From: Bacillales bacterium
GTDB taxonomy: Bacteria; Bacillota_I; Bacilli_A; RF39; UBA660
Assembly (NCBI GenBank): GCA_016288305.1
Contig: JAEEYW010000042.1
Coordinates: 1 to 45,242, forward strand
Direction: 5' to 3'
Length of the DNA stretch: 45,242 nucleotides
Part shown: piece by piece, positions 8,057 to 18,406 of the stretch
Layout: each line of letters starts with the position of its first letter
How positions within the stretch are numbered: the stretch's first letter is position 1
Translations under genes and position numbers: made by a program
Notes under the pieces: model-generated
Told to the model about the DNA's origin: nothing
What the model saw: the letters and a program-made list of their open reading frames with translations, nothing else
Database searches by the model: none

Positions 8057-9295
8057 TTAGTATCTTGTAGTTCTATTATACCAATCTTGATACTTAACAC
8101 TTGGTACATTAATAAACTTTTCTGGATTTAACCATCCTGAACGATATGACCAGAAATTATTAATATCGAAATTAGCAGTACTCATCTCCAAATGTAAATG
8201 AGCTCCACTTGTCAATGTATCAGGTATACTACATCCTCTTTCGTATACATTACCACCAAGTAAACCAATTTGTGTATACTTAGTAACAACATCACCTTTT
8301 TCAACATCTATACGCCTTAAATGCCAATAAGAACTTATATATAAAGTACCATTAACATTGTGTTGAATATATACTTTTCTACCGCCATCTCCACAAGTAT
8401 CATATACAGCAATAACAACACCATTAGCTATAGAATAAAGTGGTATATCGCTAGAAGTCGCTCCATCAGCTGACATATCAAGTCCATGGTGAACAGCTCC
8501 TGTTCCAGAAATACCAATATCACCTCTATAACCAGACCAGCCTGTAATATATCCAGCTTCAAGTGGTCTTAAGAAGCCATTATCTTGAGGTATCTTGTTT
8601 TTAGCACATTCATCAAGAGTCTCGTTATCTTTACATCCCATTTCCTCAAATGTTGATATCAAATCCTCTGATAATTGTATTTGTGACTCAATACTTAATG
8701 AGTCATCATATAAGTCTTGTAAGTCATTACCTAATTTAACTAAATAAGCATTTAACTCATTTTGTTTAACTTCTAATTCTCTTACTTTAACTAATAATTC
8801 TTCCGTTTTCTTTTTACTAGCTTCTACATCTTTTTTATACTTCTCTACTAAATCATTATTATATGCAGTTAATTGCTCAGATATAGCAGCACGGTAAATA
8901 AAATCAGTAAATGTTTTAGCTCCAAAAGCATACTCTAAATACGCCGATTCACCATTAGAAATTTGATAGAAAGCTAAAATATCCTTAATTTCTTGTTCCT
9001 TAGCGGCAATATTATCATTTAAGATATCTATTTCTTTATATAACTCCGCTATATCATTTTGTGTTTCCATGATATTATCTTCTGTTATTCGAATATTTTC
9101 CTTAGTTGTTTCTCTTTCCTCAGCCGTTAACTCTTGTTGTAGTTTATTATCCTCGTATTGTTGCTTAAAATCAGCTAGCTCCTGCTTAATTTGTCCAAAT
9201 GTTCTATCATCAGTAGCAGCTAAAACATCAGGAACATACATATTAGCAAGCAATATACAAAAAGCTAAAGTAACATATAATAATTTCTTTATCAT
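8057..9295 (-). CDS. M23 family metallopeptidase with an N-terminal coiled coil (EnvC/PcsB-like murein hydrolase or activator)
   Basis: The protein has a signal/anchor sequence, about 200 aa of heptad-rich coiled coil, and then HHGLDM...YWHL...GAHLHLE M23 metal-ligand motifs. The SD is GAGGAG. Confidence 0.85.
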   Translation of the reverse strand: MIKKLLYVTLAFCILLANMYVPDVLAATDDRTFGQIKQELADFKQQYEDNKLQQELTAEERETTKENIRITEDNIMETQNDIAELYKEIDILNDNIAAKEQEIKDILAFYQISNGESAYLEYAFGAKTFTDFIYRAAISEQLTAYNNDLVEKYKKDVEASKKKTEELLVKVRELEVKQNELNAYLVKLGNDLQDLYDDSLSIESQIQLSEDLISTFEEMGCKDNETLDECAKNKIPQDNGFLRPLEAGYITGWSGYRGDIGISGTGAVHHGLDMSADGATSSDIPLYSIANGVVIAVYDTCGDGGRKVYIQHNVNGTLYISSYWHLRRIDVEKGDVVTKYTQIGLLGGNVYERGCSIPDTLTSGAHLHLEMSTANFDINNFWSYRSGWLNPEKFINVPSVKYQDWYNRTTRY

Positions 9296-9345
9296 TTTAA
9301 CCTACTCCTCATATTTTAATTATAGCACATTTTCGACAAAATTAG

Positions 9346-9375
9346 ACAAAAAAATAAGAGCAATAAACTCTTATT
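9346..9375 (-). terminator. Rho-independent terminator overlapping the stop codon of the 1031-aa gene
   Basis: The minus strand reads AATAAGAG-TTTATTG-CTCTTATT followed by TTTTT. Confidence 0.65.
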
Positions 9376-12300
9376 TTGGTTGACAAGTATAATATTTTTT
9401 TCTGCCTTCTTCAATACTTGAAGCAACACACGTACCACTAGCTTTTGTATCACCAACATCACCTGTATTATCACCAATAAGTGTATGTAAGAAATTACTC
9501 ATACATCTTTCACCATTAGCATCACAACTTAAATTAAAATCATCATAACTATTATTCTTGTTATAACCTCGTATTTGCGTTATAATGGTTGGCGTTAATG
9601 TAAATGAATACATTGGTTCTCTTTCATATATATCTTGCTTACTAGTAATTACGCTTTCTACAATACCGCTTAGAAGACCGCATGTGCCATTACCATAATA
9701 ATCACACCAGTTAGCACCAGACGCTCTTTGATTATCTGATTGTCCTGGAAATGGATTTTTCAAATCAATAGTTCTAAAAATAACATTTAAACCACTATCC
9801 GTAACCAATTCATAATCTAAATTAAACTTACATGACCACTCACCATAATTGTTGTAAATATCAGATAAATACTTATCAACTTGTGTTACGCTACTAGTAC
9901 TACTTCTATGGCCTAGTTGACTATAATTTATCTTCAAATAATTGTTGCTATTAGCATTAAAAGATATTGGTAAATAACTCATATTCATTGGAATAGTATT
10001 GCTTTCATAACTTGATTTTAAAGCTACACCATTACCTTTTTTTATTAATTTATAACTATTATCATCACTATCAAGGGTATAATATAGCTTTACCGTTTTA
10101 CTTACTTTTGAAGACTTATGTAATGGAAAAGAAGCTCCTGTTTTTGTACATTTACCACTACCACAATCATTCAATTTCAACGTTTCGTAATTATAACTTT
10201 CACCATCATCATAGGTAACTTCAGATGGCGTTGATTTACCCATCTCATTTCCTTTTAAAGTACCAGCATATGAGTATTTATTTCCATCATAATAAGAAAT
10301 ACTTAAATTTGGTGACAAAGTATAAAGGTTATTGGAATTTAAATTATAACAAGCGTATAAAGTCTCAGATATAAAGTTTTCAGCATTTCTTTTAATTGTT
10401 TGATAGTTACTATACGCAGAGGAAGCATCAGCTGTAGGTGCAGATTTATTAGCGCACCTGCTATAACTCCATGATGCATTTCTATATGTACCATTATCAT
10501 TTACTGAAACGTTAACAGTACCATAATCGTACCATTCGTAAGAACTTGTTTCACTTTTGTTACACGTTGCCTCAAGCACTTTACATGTTGTAGTTGTCGT
10601 CTTTACATTAGTAGTCTCATTCACTGTTGGAGTACCACACACCAAATCATATCTGTTACTTGTATAATCTTTACATCCATCGGTTCTAGAATCAAATTTC
10701 CAATCTCCCATAACAGTTTTATCCTTGCCCGTTTCTTCATCTTTAACAACTTTAGGCACCCTCGTAGCAATTTCCTTGATTTCACATGTTTTACCGTAGT
10801 CGTTATATCCTGCACTAGTACAGCAAGAAAATGAATATTCCTTACTAGTTGAAGCTGAATACTTACAAGGACAATGAATCCAACTTTCATTACTATATTC
10901 ACCATATCCCGTAGTCGAAGCAATTCTTGTTGCTTTAGCTTCTTCCAATAGATAATTCAAATAAGCATCAACAATAGCCCTATTACGATCTTCTATATTG
11001 CTTTTAATTCTGCTTTGATTTACTACTGTATAACAAGTTCTAGAACCCTCAACAAATCCCAAGGCATTATTATAATATCTCGAAAAATCAATATACCTTC
11101 CAGCAACTACTGGCGTACTGCCCGCATTATAAAAGCCATATGTTTGAATGCTTTCATAACAATATACGCTACAATAATTACCCGTCGCATCAGATAAAGT
11201 ATTATCTTTATATTTTGAATTATTCACTATACATTTGTTAATATATTCATCTTCATCATATAGAGCGCCTTTGTCAAAATAATCTGCTGGAGAGTCATTA
11301 TAATTCTCACATTTATTAACAATACTAACACTATCACATATATCCGTAGCTAAATTAGTACAACAATTACTTACATAGTAATCATATACATCATCATGAT
11401 CAGCAGTTGTTACAATGCCTGATACATTTCTAATGAATGAATCAACAACAGTATTAATAGAACTTTTATTTGAACATTTCAATGGATTATTATTATATTG
11501 GCTATATCCCGAATTATTATTTATATATTTACAACTTAAGCCATTTCCCCATCCTGAATCAGGATTTTCCATATTCTTAGTTCTGATATATTCACCATTC
11601 ACTGGTACAGGTTCAGGTGATACTGTTATATATCCCAACTCTTTTTGTATAAATTTTAAACCTACATTAGGACATTTACCTGATGATAGATTAAATGTAC
11701 CATCACTTGTTTTAACAAGCCCTATATTAACACCTTTGTTTAAAGTATATGTATCATTATAAGACATATATTTTTCAGGGAAAGTAACAACTTTTTTAGT
11801 TGTAAAAATATATCTATCGCCTGAAACCATTAACGTTCCATTTATAGCCATTATACTTTGATCAGATGTAGCTGATATAATATTAGCTTTACCTGTATTA
11901 TAACGTCCAAAATTAATAGTAAAATTTAAGCCTAATGGTTCAACAGAATAATCACACTTTAATTCTTCAACAAGTGTTAATGGTAAATAAGATTGATTCG
12001 TTCTTTCTATAGGTTCAAAGGATGCTGTATAATTAGTTGTATTTTCCCGATAAAGATATAAGACAACATCTGTCGGGCAACTATTAGATTCAATTTTAAC
12101 ATTCTTACTACCTGTTTTAGAAATTGTAAATTTAGTATCACGGGGCATTATTATTACATCTTCCATCGTAACTGACGATTGAAACCATGGATTATAGTTC
12201 CATAAATGTTGAAGGCGAAAGTTAGGATCAGCCACCACTTTAAAATCAAAAGTAGTCGCATAATCATTCTCATTAGTTATATCTTCTAATATTGAGTTAT

Positions 12301-12466
12301 CATTAATTTTTACGCCTCTTATTTGGGCAACGGATGAATTTCCAGAAAAAACCACCTCTAAATCAATATCAAAACCTTCTTGATGATATAAGCAATTTAA
12401 AGCATTTACGCTATTAATTCCTATACAGCTTGCAAATATAATTAGCATATACCATAACTTCTTCAT
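9371..12466 (-). CDS. Large secreted Cys-rich protein (1031 aa), function unknown
   Basis: A 3.1-kb ORF with SD AGGGTGA and signal peptide MKKLWYMLIIFASCIGINSVNA. There are about 40 Cys residues, many in CxC/CC/Cx4C clusters, and the composition is rich in N/S/T/Y. No LPXTG, TM anchor or recognisable catalytic motif was found. Confidence 0.8.
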   Translation of the reverse strand: MKKLWYMLIIFASCIGINSVNALNCLYHQEGFDIDLEVVFSGNSSVAQIRGVKINDNSILEDITNENDYATTFDFKVVADPNFRLQHLWNYNPWFQSSVTMEDVIIMPRDTKFTISKTGSKNVKIESNSCPTDVVLYLYRENTTNYTASFEPIERTNQSYLPLTLVEELKCDYSVEPLGLNFTINFGRYNTGKANIISATSDQSIMAINGTLMVSGDRYIFTTKKVVTFPEKYMSYNDTYTLNKGVNIGLVKTSDGTFNLSSGKCPNVGLKFIQKELGYITVSPEPVPVNGEYIRTKNMENPDSGWGNGLSCKYINNNSGYSQYNNNPLKCSNKSSINTVVDSFIRNVSGIVTTADHDDVYDYYVSNCCTNLATDICDSVSIVNKCENYNDSPADYFDKGALYDEDEYINKCIVNNSKYKDNTLSDATGNYCSVYCYESIQTYGFYNAGSTPVVAGRYIDFSRYYNNALGFVEGSRTCYTVVNQSRIKSNIEDRNRAIVDAYLNYLLEEAKATRIASTTGYGEYSNESWIHCPCKYSASTSKEYSFSCCTSAGYNDYGKTCEIKEIATRVPKVVKDEETGKDKTVMGDWKFDSRTDGCKDYTSNRYDLVCGTPTVNETTNVKTTTTTCKVLEATCNKSETSSYEWYDYGTVNVSVNDNGTYRNASWSYSRCANKSAPTADASSAYSNYQTIKRNAENFISETLYACYNLNSNNLYTLSPNLSISYYDGNKYSYAGTLKGNEMGKSTPSEVTYDDGESYNYETLKLNDCGSGKCTKTGASFPLHKSSKVSKTVKLYYTLDSDDNSYKLIKKGNGVALKSSYESNTIPMNMSYLPISFNANSNNYLKINYSQLGHRSSTSSVTQVDKYLSDIYNNYGEWSCKFNLDYELVTDSGLNVIFRTIDLKNPFPGQSDNQRASGANWCDYYGNGTCGLLSGIVESVITSKQDIYEREPMYSFTLTPTIITQIRGYNKNNSYDDFNLSCDANGERCMSNFLHTLIGDNTGDVGDTKASGTCVASSIEEGRKKYYTCQPK

Positions 12467-12548
12467 ATCATCACCCTACTTTACTCTATAAATAATTATA
12501 TATTAATACAAAAAAAAAGTAAATAAACTGCTTTACTTTTTCACAATT

Positions 12549-13007
12549 CTATCTACTTTTACCTGTCTTAGAGATTTCTTCATAAGTATTTGATAATCTC
12601 TCATTAACCATAATACTGTTAATTGCTTTAGTTTTAAAATTACGTTCTAGAATATCTAATTTGTTATTCAACAAAGTAACATATTTACCATCTAAAAATT
12701 TGACATACTTTCTTTGTATAAAAACTTTGTAACGTTGTAAATCACCAAGAGCTCTTCGTGAATCAGAATCATCATCATCGTCAATTAAATAATTAATATA
12801 TTTATCTAATCTATTTCTAATTTTCTTTTGAATAATCTTATTTATTAAATCCCTTTTAATAAATATAATTTCATTAACTTTTATACCATCATATAAAAGA
12901 CCCTTTTTAGGATTTACTTTATATCCCATATTGTCATCAATATTAAGATATACTACATCACCATTAAAACTTTTTTTAGAAATCAAATACTGTTTCAAAC
13001 AAATCAC
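12549..13007 (-). CDS. Hypothetical protein translationally coupled to trmD (about 149-152 aa)
   Basis: The ORF overlaps the trmD stop codon. The likely start is the TTG at 12998, 7 nt after AAGGAG; the track GTG at 13007 overlaps the SD. The protein has an acidic run DDDDDSDS and no recognisable family. A terminator hairpin lies at about 12510-12545. Confidence 0.55.
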   Translation of the reverse strand: MICLKQYLISKKSFNGDVVYLNIDDNMGYKVNPKKGLLYDGIKVNEIIFIKRDLINKIIQKKIRNRLDKYINYLIDDDDDSDSRRALGDLQRYKVFIQRKYVKFLDGKYVTLLNNKLDILERNFKTKAINSIMVNERLSNTYEEISKTGKSR

Positions 13008-13669
13008 TCCTTAAATAAATCAGGTCTGCGTTCCTTTGTCCTTTTTATTCTTTGTTCTAATCTCCATGTTTCAATATTCTTATGGTGACCCGAAAGTAAA
13101 ACTTCAGGTACTTTTAATCCTTTGTAATCAGCTGGATGTGTATATACGGGGTAATCCAACAAATTATCATTAAAAGATTCATTCATATATGATTCTTTAG
13201 TAATAACGCCATCTAACAATCTTATAACGCTATCACATATAGCCATTGAAGCTATTTCACCGCCAGTTAAGATAAAATCACCAATAGAAAGTTCCATATC
13301 TGCTAAAGTACGAATTCTTTCATCAAAACCTTCATAATGTCCACATATTATAATTATATGTTTATATTCTGTTAAAGCAAAGGCTTTTTTTTGGTTATAG
13401 ACTTCACCTTGTGGGGTCATAAGAATAACTAATGAGTCTTCCTTTTTCAAATCAGCTACGGCATCGAATATAGGTTGTGGCATCAAGACCATACCCGCTC
13501 CACCACCAAAGCCATAGTCATCAACTTTTTTATGTGGATCTTTAGAATAAGATCTTATGTCATGAACATTAATTTTTACTTTGCCGCCATCAATAGCTCT
13601 TTTAATTATTGACTCAGATACAAATCCTGTGAACATACCAGGAAATAAAGTTAATATATCAATTGTCAT
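13004..13669 (-). CDS. trmD: tRNA (guanine37-N1)-methyltransferase
   Basis: MTIDILTLFPGMF...GGGAGMVLMPQP...CGHYEGFDERI...SIGDFILTGGE are canonical TrmD motifs. Confidence 0.93.
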   Translation of the reverse strand: MTIDILTLFPGMFTGFVSESIIKRAIDGGKVKINVHDIRSYSKDPHKKVDDYGFGGGAGMVLMPQPIFDAVADLKKEDSLVILMTPQGEVYNQKKAFALTEYKHIIIICGHYEGFDERIRTLADMELSIGDFILTGGEIASMAICDSVIRLLDGVITKESYMNESFNDNLLDYPVYTHPADYKGLKVPEVLLSGHHKNIETWRLEQRIKRTKERRPDLFKE

Positions 13670-14141
13670 TTAATAATCCCTCAATAGCGTTAATATTAAC
13701 TCTTTTATTGTTTAAATCAACTGTGACCAATTCATCCACAAAAGGAATCATATAATTCTTTTCACCATTTCGTATAATCAACAATTCTTGTTTATGTTTT
13801 ATAACATCTTCAACTATACCTACAACTTCATCTTTATCATATGCTGTAAGTCCTATAATATCTTCATCTACGTAACCATCTATATGTAAATCAGATCTTT
13901 CCATATAGACATCATCGCCTTTAAAAGCGATAGCATCATTGATACTTTCAAAACCCACAAATGTTACCATATCAAATGTTTTATGGCGACGATAAGAATT
14001 AATAACAACTTCTTGTTTTCTCTTACCGATATATAGTTTATTTCCTACTTTAAAAGCTTCATCCTTAAATTTAAAATCAGATAGAATTCTTAATTCACCT
14101 TTAATACCATGTGTATTAACTATTTCACCTAAATAAACCAT
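13659..14141 (-). CDS. rimM: 16S rRNA processing protein RimM
   Basis: LGEIVNTHGIKGELRI... and the PRC-barrel tail are present, and the gene sits directly upstream of and overlapping trmD. Confidence 0.88.
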   Translation of the reverse strand: MVYLGEIVNTHGIKGELRILSDFKFKDEAFKVGNKLYIGKRKQEVVINSYRRHKTFDMVTFVGFESINDAIAFKGDDVYMERSDLHIDGYVDEDIIGLTAYDKDEVVGIVEDVIKHKQELLIIRNGEKNYMIPFVDELVTVDLNNKRVNINAIEGLLNDN

Positions 14142-14145
14142 AAAA

Positions 14146-14871
14146 TCACCTACTCATTTCATATAAAATAATACTAGTAGCAACCCCAACATTTAAGCTT
14201 TCACATTTTTCGTTCATATCAATGTAAATGAGTTCATCACATAGCTCGGAACATATCTCGCCCATGCCGTTTCCCTCATTGCCCATTATTATAACAAATT
14301 TTTCGGCTTTTGCAACATTTTTTAAACTTTTTCCATGTGTTACATTAGTTCCGTATATTTTATAACCATTATCTTTAAGATTTGGTAATACTTCATGAGC
14401 TTCCTTTACAATAATATTCATATGAAAAACTAAACCTTGTGTTGCCCTAATAACTTTAGAATTATATATATCCACACAATCTGGACTTAAAATTAATGTA
14501 TCAACATTAAAAGCTACACAACTTCTTATAATAGTACCTAAATTACCTGGATCTTGTATGCAATCCAAATAAACAATTCTATTTCCTTGTAACTGACCTT
14601 CTTTTTTATTGCATACACCAATTATATTTGTTGATGTAGAAAGTTCTGACAAATAATTAGATACGTTATTTGTCATATAACTAGTCATAACATCTAATGG
14701 TAATAATTCATTCTCTTCTAATAATAATTCTTCTAAATATCCTGTTTTATATGCTTCTAAAACTAAATGTCTACCTTCTACTAAAAACATATTCTTTTTA
14801 TCACGATATTTTTTTGTTTGTAACTTCTTTAAATCTTTAATTTTATTATTATCAATAGAACTATATAACAT
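14146..14871 (-). CDS. TrmH/SpoU family RNA 2'-O-methyltransferase
   Basis: DPGNLGTIIRS, GNEGNGM and LNVGVATSIILYE motifs are present. The ATG at 14871 is preceded by AAGGTGG, so the track start at 14916 was rejected. Confidence 0.85.
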   Translation of the reverse strand: MLYSSIDNNKIKDLKKLQTKKYRDKKNMFLVEGRHLVLEAYKTGYLEELLLEENELLPLDVMTSYMTNNVSNYLSELSTSTNIIGVCNKKEGQLQGNRIVYLDCIQDPGNLGTIIRSCVAFNVDTLILSPDCVDIYNSKVIRATQGLVFHMNIIVKEAHEVLPNLKDNGYKIYGTNVTHGKSLKNVAKAEKFVIIMGNEGNGMGEICSELCDELIYIDMNEKCESLNVGVATSIILYEMSR

Positions 14872-14924
14872 AATAACCACCTTATTTATAATATCAAAAT
14901 TTATAAAAAAGGTCAAAGAAATCT

Positions 14925-15539
14925 TTAACCTTTTTCTAAAACATCCCTAACAGGTCCATATGTCTTACGATAACCTTCTATTAAACCATATTTATTGATA
15001 GCTTCAACATGTGCTTTGGTTGGATATCCCTTATGTTTAGAAAAACCATACTGTGGATATTTTTTATCAAGCTCATACATCATTCTATCACGCGTAACTT
15101 TAGCTACAACAGAAGCAGCTGCAATACTTATACTTTTCGCATCACCTTTGATAATACTAGTTGTTGGTATTAAAATATCAAGTGGCATAGCATCTATTAA
15201 AACATGCTGTAAATTAATCTTTTTACTAACCTCATCAATAGCCATAATCATAGCTTTTTTAGTAGCTTCATATATATTTATTTCATCAATAACATCCGCA
15301 TCAACAATACCAATACCATAAGCTAAACAATGATTAATGATATAGTCGTAAAATAAATTTCGTTTTTTCTCACTCAATTGTTTAGAATCCGTTAACCCTT
15401 CTAAGACAAAATCTTTAGGTAGGACAACACATGCTGTTACAACAGGTCCAACCAAAGGACCTCTTCCAACTTCATCTACGCCTCCTATAAATTCTATACC
15501 TTCTTTATACAATTCTTTTTCATATTTATATAAATCCAT
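14925..15539 (-). CDS. rnhB: Ribonuclease HII
   Basis: GVDEVGRGPLVGPVV...DSKQLS...KGD...SIAAASVVAK are present. The ATG at 15539 is preferred (GGTGA 5 nt upstream, right after the stop of the preceding gene). The alternative ATG is at 15557. Confidence 0.9.
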   Translation of the reverse strand: MDLYKYEKELYKEGIEFIGGVDEVGRGPLVGPVVTACVVLPKDFVLEGLTDSKQLSEKKRNLFYDYIINHCLAYGIGIVDADVIDEINIYEATKKAMIMAIDEVSKKINLQHVLIDAMPLDILIPTTSIIKGDAKSISIAAASVVAKVTRDRMMYELDKKYPQYGFSKHKGYPTKAHVEAINKYGLIEGYRKTYGPVRDVLEKG

Positions 15540-15540
15540 A

Positions 15541-16056
15541 TTATTCACCACTAGCATTACTTAATTTTATACGTTTAACTTCTTCCTTTAAAGCACAAAA
15601 GTCACAACTATAAACGCCAATGGCATTTTTATCAAATAATCTATCTTCGATTTTAGCAAAATCATCAACATGCATATATTCACAAAAATCTTCCAAAGCT
15701 TCATTAGCGTTATAAGAAACATATATGTTATCCATATATCTATTCGCCTTAGAAGTTCTAAAATTACTATTGTAACTGTTAAATTTAGAAGCTATTCTTT
15801 TAAGTCTTTGACAAGCGTTATTTCCTCGTACCAAAATAGGAATAATCGAATTTGTAGACATTGTTCTTCGCATTTGTTCACATAAAACTTTATTACCTGT
15901 TTTTTCTAAGAAAAACTGAACATCTGAAAGATCAATATTACAAACATTAATTAAGCTTGTTAAATTATTTTCGTATCCTTCTTTAACCAATTGTTTAATA
16001 ATATCCATATACATGTTACTTCCCTTAGGTGTTATTAAAGCATAGCCGTATTCCAT
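15541..16056 (-). CDS. Hypothetical protein (171 aa), possibly a degenerate NDK-like fold
   Basis: The ORF is tightly packed between lepA and rnhB. It shows a weak pattern resemblance to nucleoside diphosphate kinase (YALITPKG...IIKQLVKEGYE...; NIYVSYNANEAL where NDK has N.vHgSDs.esA). This is not confirmed. Confidence 0.5.
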   Translation of the reverse strand: MEYGYALITPKGSNMYMDIIKQLVKEGYENNLTSLINVCNIDLSDVQFFLEKTGNKVLCEQMRRTMSTNSIIPILVRGNNACQRLKRIASKFNSYNSNFRTSKANRYMDNIYVSYNANEALEDFCEYMHVDDFAKIEDRLFDKNAIGVYSCDFCALKEEVKRIKLSNASGE

Positions 16057-16065
16057 AATATACCT

Positions 16066-17850
16066 CTATTCCTCGTCTACTTTTAATACTGATAAGAAGG
16101 CTTCTTCTGGTATCTCTACTCTACCAACCATCTTCATTCGTTTTTTACCTTCTTTTTGTTTTTCCAATAGTTTTCTTTTTCTTGAAACATCTCCACCATA
16201 ACATTTTGCTAGAACATCTTTTCTAACAGCTTTGATTGTTTCTCTTGCAATAACCTTGTTGCCAATACTTGCTTGAACAGGAACTTCAAATTGTTGCCTT
16301 GGTATTAATTTTCTTAATATTTCAACAATATTTTTACCTCTTGCATAAGCAAAATCTTTATGTACGATAACAGATAAAGCATCGATAGCTTCACCATTTA
16401 ATAAAATATCCATTTTAACTAAATCACTAGATTTATATCCTATCAATTCATAATCAAATGATGCATATCCTTTAGAAATACTTTTCAATCTATCAAAGAA
16501 ATCATATACAATCTCAGATAATGGTATTTCATAATGAATATTTACTCTTGTTTTATCAATATATTCCATTGAAACATAATTGCCGCGCTTATTTTGACAT
16601 AGTTCCATAATAGGTCCTATATATTCTGAAGGCACGAAAATAGATGTACGAATATAAGGCTCTTTAATATCCGCGATTCTTACCTTATCAGGCATTTTAC
16701 TAGGACTATCAATATTTATTATACTACCATCAGTTAATGTTACTTCATATATAACAGATGGTGAAGTAACAATTAAATTAATACCAAATTCTCTTTCAAT
16801 TCTTTCTTTAATTATTTCCATATGTAATAATCCTAAGAAACCACACCTAAATCCAAAACCTAAGGCCTTAGATGTTTCGGGTGTAAACTGTAGCGAAGCA
16901 TCATTTAATTTTAATTTTTCTAAAGCATCCCTTAAATCAGGATATCGTGATGTTTCAATAGGATATATTCCTGAAAAAACCATTGGTTTCATCTCTTTAT
17001 ATCCTGATAATTTACTGTCAGCTGGATTACTATCCAAAGTTATGGTATCACCAACTTGTATATCTGATATGTTTTTTATAGATGCACACAAATAACCAAC
17101 TTGTCCAGGTAATAACACATCTTTTTTAACTTCCTTAGGTGTATTAATACCTAGTTCAATAACCTCTTCAACTTTACCTGTTGACATTAAACGAATTTTA
17201 TCACCTATTTTAATTTTTCCATTAACAACTCTAACTAAAGCTACCACACCACGATATGGATCATAAAAGCTATCAAAAATCAAAGCTTGCAATGGTTTAT
17301 TGACATCACCTTGTGGGGAAGGTATTTTTTCAATAATAGCATCAACTAGTTTATCGATACCAATACCATTTTTAGCTGAAGTTAAAATAATCTCGTTCCT
17401 ATCGAAACCTAGGTTATCTTCTAATTCCTTAGTAACTTTTTCGATATCCGCATTAGGTAAATCTATTTTATTAATTACAGGAATAATCGTCAAATTATTA
17501 TCCAACGCTAAATAAAGATTAGCTAAAGTTTGAGCTTCGATACCTTGAGCAGCATCAACGACTAAAACAGCGCCTTCACAAGCCGCTAAACTTCTTGAAA
17601 CTTCATAATTAAAATCGACGTGACCTGGTGTATCAATTAAATGCAAAAGATGATTCTTATAATTTAATTCAACAGCATTTAATTTAATTGTAATACCACG
17701 TTCACGTTCAATATCCATATTATCCAACAATTGATCTTGTTTTTCTCTTTCTGTTATAGCTCCAGTTAATTCCAATATACGATCAGCCAAAGTACTCTTA
17801 CCATGATCGATATGAGCTATAATTGAAAAGTTGCGAATATTATCTTGCAT
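16066..17850 (-). CDS. lepA: Translation elongation factor 4 (LepA)
   Basis: [20 protein letters not shown]...DTPGHVDF...NKIDL and the LepA C-terminal domain are present. The ATG is at 17850, after GGTGA. Confidence 0.95.
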   Translation of the reverse strand: MQDNIRNFSIIAHIDHGKSTLADRILELTGAITEREKQDQLLDNMDIERERGITIKLNAVELNYKNHLLHLIDTPGHVDFNYEVSRSLAACEGAVLVVDAAQGIEAQTLANLYLALDNNLTIIPVINKIDLPNADIEKVTKELEDNLGFDRNEIILTSAKNGIGIDKLVDAIIEKIPSPQGDVNKPLQALIFDSFYDPYRGVVALVRVVNGKIKIGDKIRLMSTGKVEEVIELGINTPKEVKKDVLLPGQVGYLCASIKNISDIQVGDTITLDSNPADSKLSGYKEMKPMVFSGIYPIETSRYPDLRDALEKLKLNDASLQFTPETSKALGFGFRCGFLGLLHMEIIKERIEREFGINLIVTSPSVIYEVTLTDGSIINIDSPSKMPDKVRIADIKEPYIRTSIFVPSEYIGPIMELCQNKRGNYVSMEYIDKTRVNIHYEIPLSEIVYDFFDRLKSISKGYASFDYELIGYKSSDLVKMDILLNGEAIDALSVIVHKDFAYARGKNIVEILRKLIPRQQFEVPVQASIGNKVIARETIKAVRKDVLAKCYGGDVSRKRKLLEKQKEGKKRMKMVGRVEIPEEAFLSVLKVDEE

Positions 17851-17873
17851 GCACAATCACCAATAATATTATA

Positions 17874-17906
17874 TAAAAAAAAAGTATTATTTTCAATAAT
17901 ACTTTT
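17874..17906 (-). terminator. Rho-independent terminator after the 130-aa pilin-like gene
   Basis: The minus strand reads AAAGTATTATT-GAAA-AATAATACTTT followed by a run of T. Confidence 0.6.
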
Positions 17907-17916
17907 AGAATCTTCA

Positions 17917-18309
17917 TTAATTTGAAGCTTTTGAATAAGTTGATCCATTGAAAGTAATTGTTCTACCATTACTTTTAACAGTAATAGAAGCAACTTTACC
18001 ACCTGTATAACTTACAGCAGTAACTTCAGCTTTTTTCAAATCAACCATTTTTGAAACGTTTGTTGTTTTAACACCTTGAGCAGCAGCACAGTCAACATCT
18101 TCACCACCAAATGTACCCATTTGTTTTTTCATTTCCATAGCTTGGCAGTAGTTTGTAATACCTTCAACGATTCTTTGTGTTTCAGTGTATGCTACTGAAT
18201 CTTTAGCATCATCGATTACATCTACTACGATTGGTGTAGCAATTAAAGCGATAACAGCTAAAATGATAATTACAGCTAATAATTCAACTAATGTAAAACC
18301 TTTTTTCAT
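17917..18309 (-). CDS. Prepilin-type N-terminal cleavage/methylation domain protein (pseudopilin/ComGC-like, 130 aa)
   Basis: MKKG|FTLVELLAVIIILAVIALIA is a class III signal peptide with Glu at +5. The SD is GGGTGGTGA. Confidence 0.85.
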   Translation of the reverse strand: MKKGFTLVELLAVIIILAVIALIATPIVVDVIDDAKDSVAYTETQRIVEGITNYCQAMEMKKQMGTFGGEDVDCAAAQGVKTTNVSKMVDLKKAEVTAVSYTGGKVASITVKSNGRTITFNGSTYSKASN

Positions 18310-18342
18310 ATATTATCACCACCCTACTTTGTAACTATATTT

Positions 18343-18371
18343 AGTATACATTTTTTTTAAAACATAGTCAA
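18343..18371 (-). promoter_or_regulatory. Putative sigma-A promoter of the 130-aa pilin-like gene
   Basis: The minus strand reads TTGACT (18371-18366), a 17-nt spacer, then TATACT (18348-18343). Confidence 0.45.
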
Positions 18372-18406
18372 TACTATTATGGAATTTTTTTACATCTTTA
18401 TACAAA

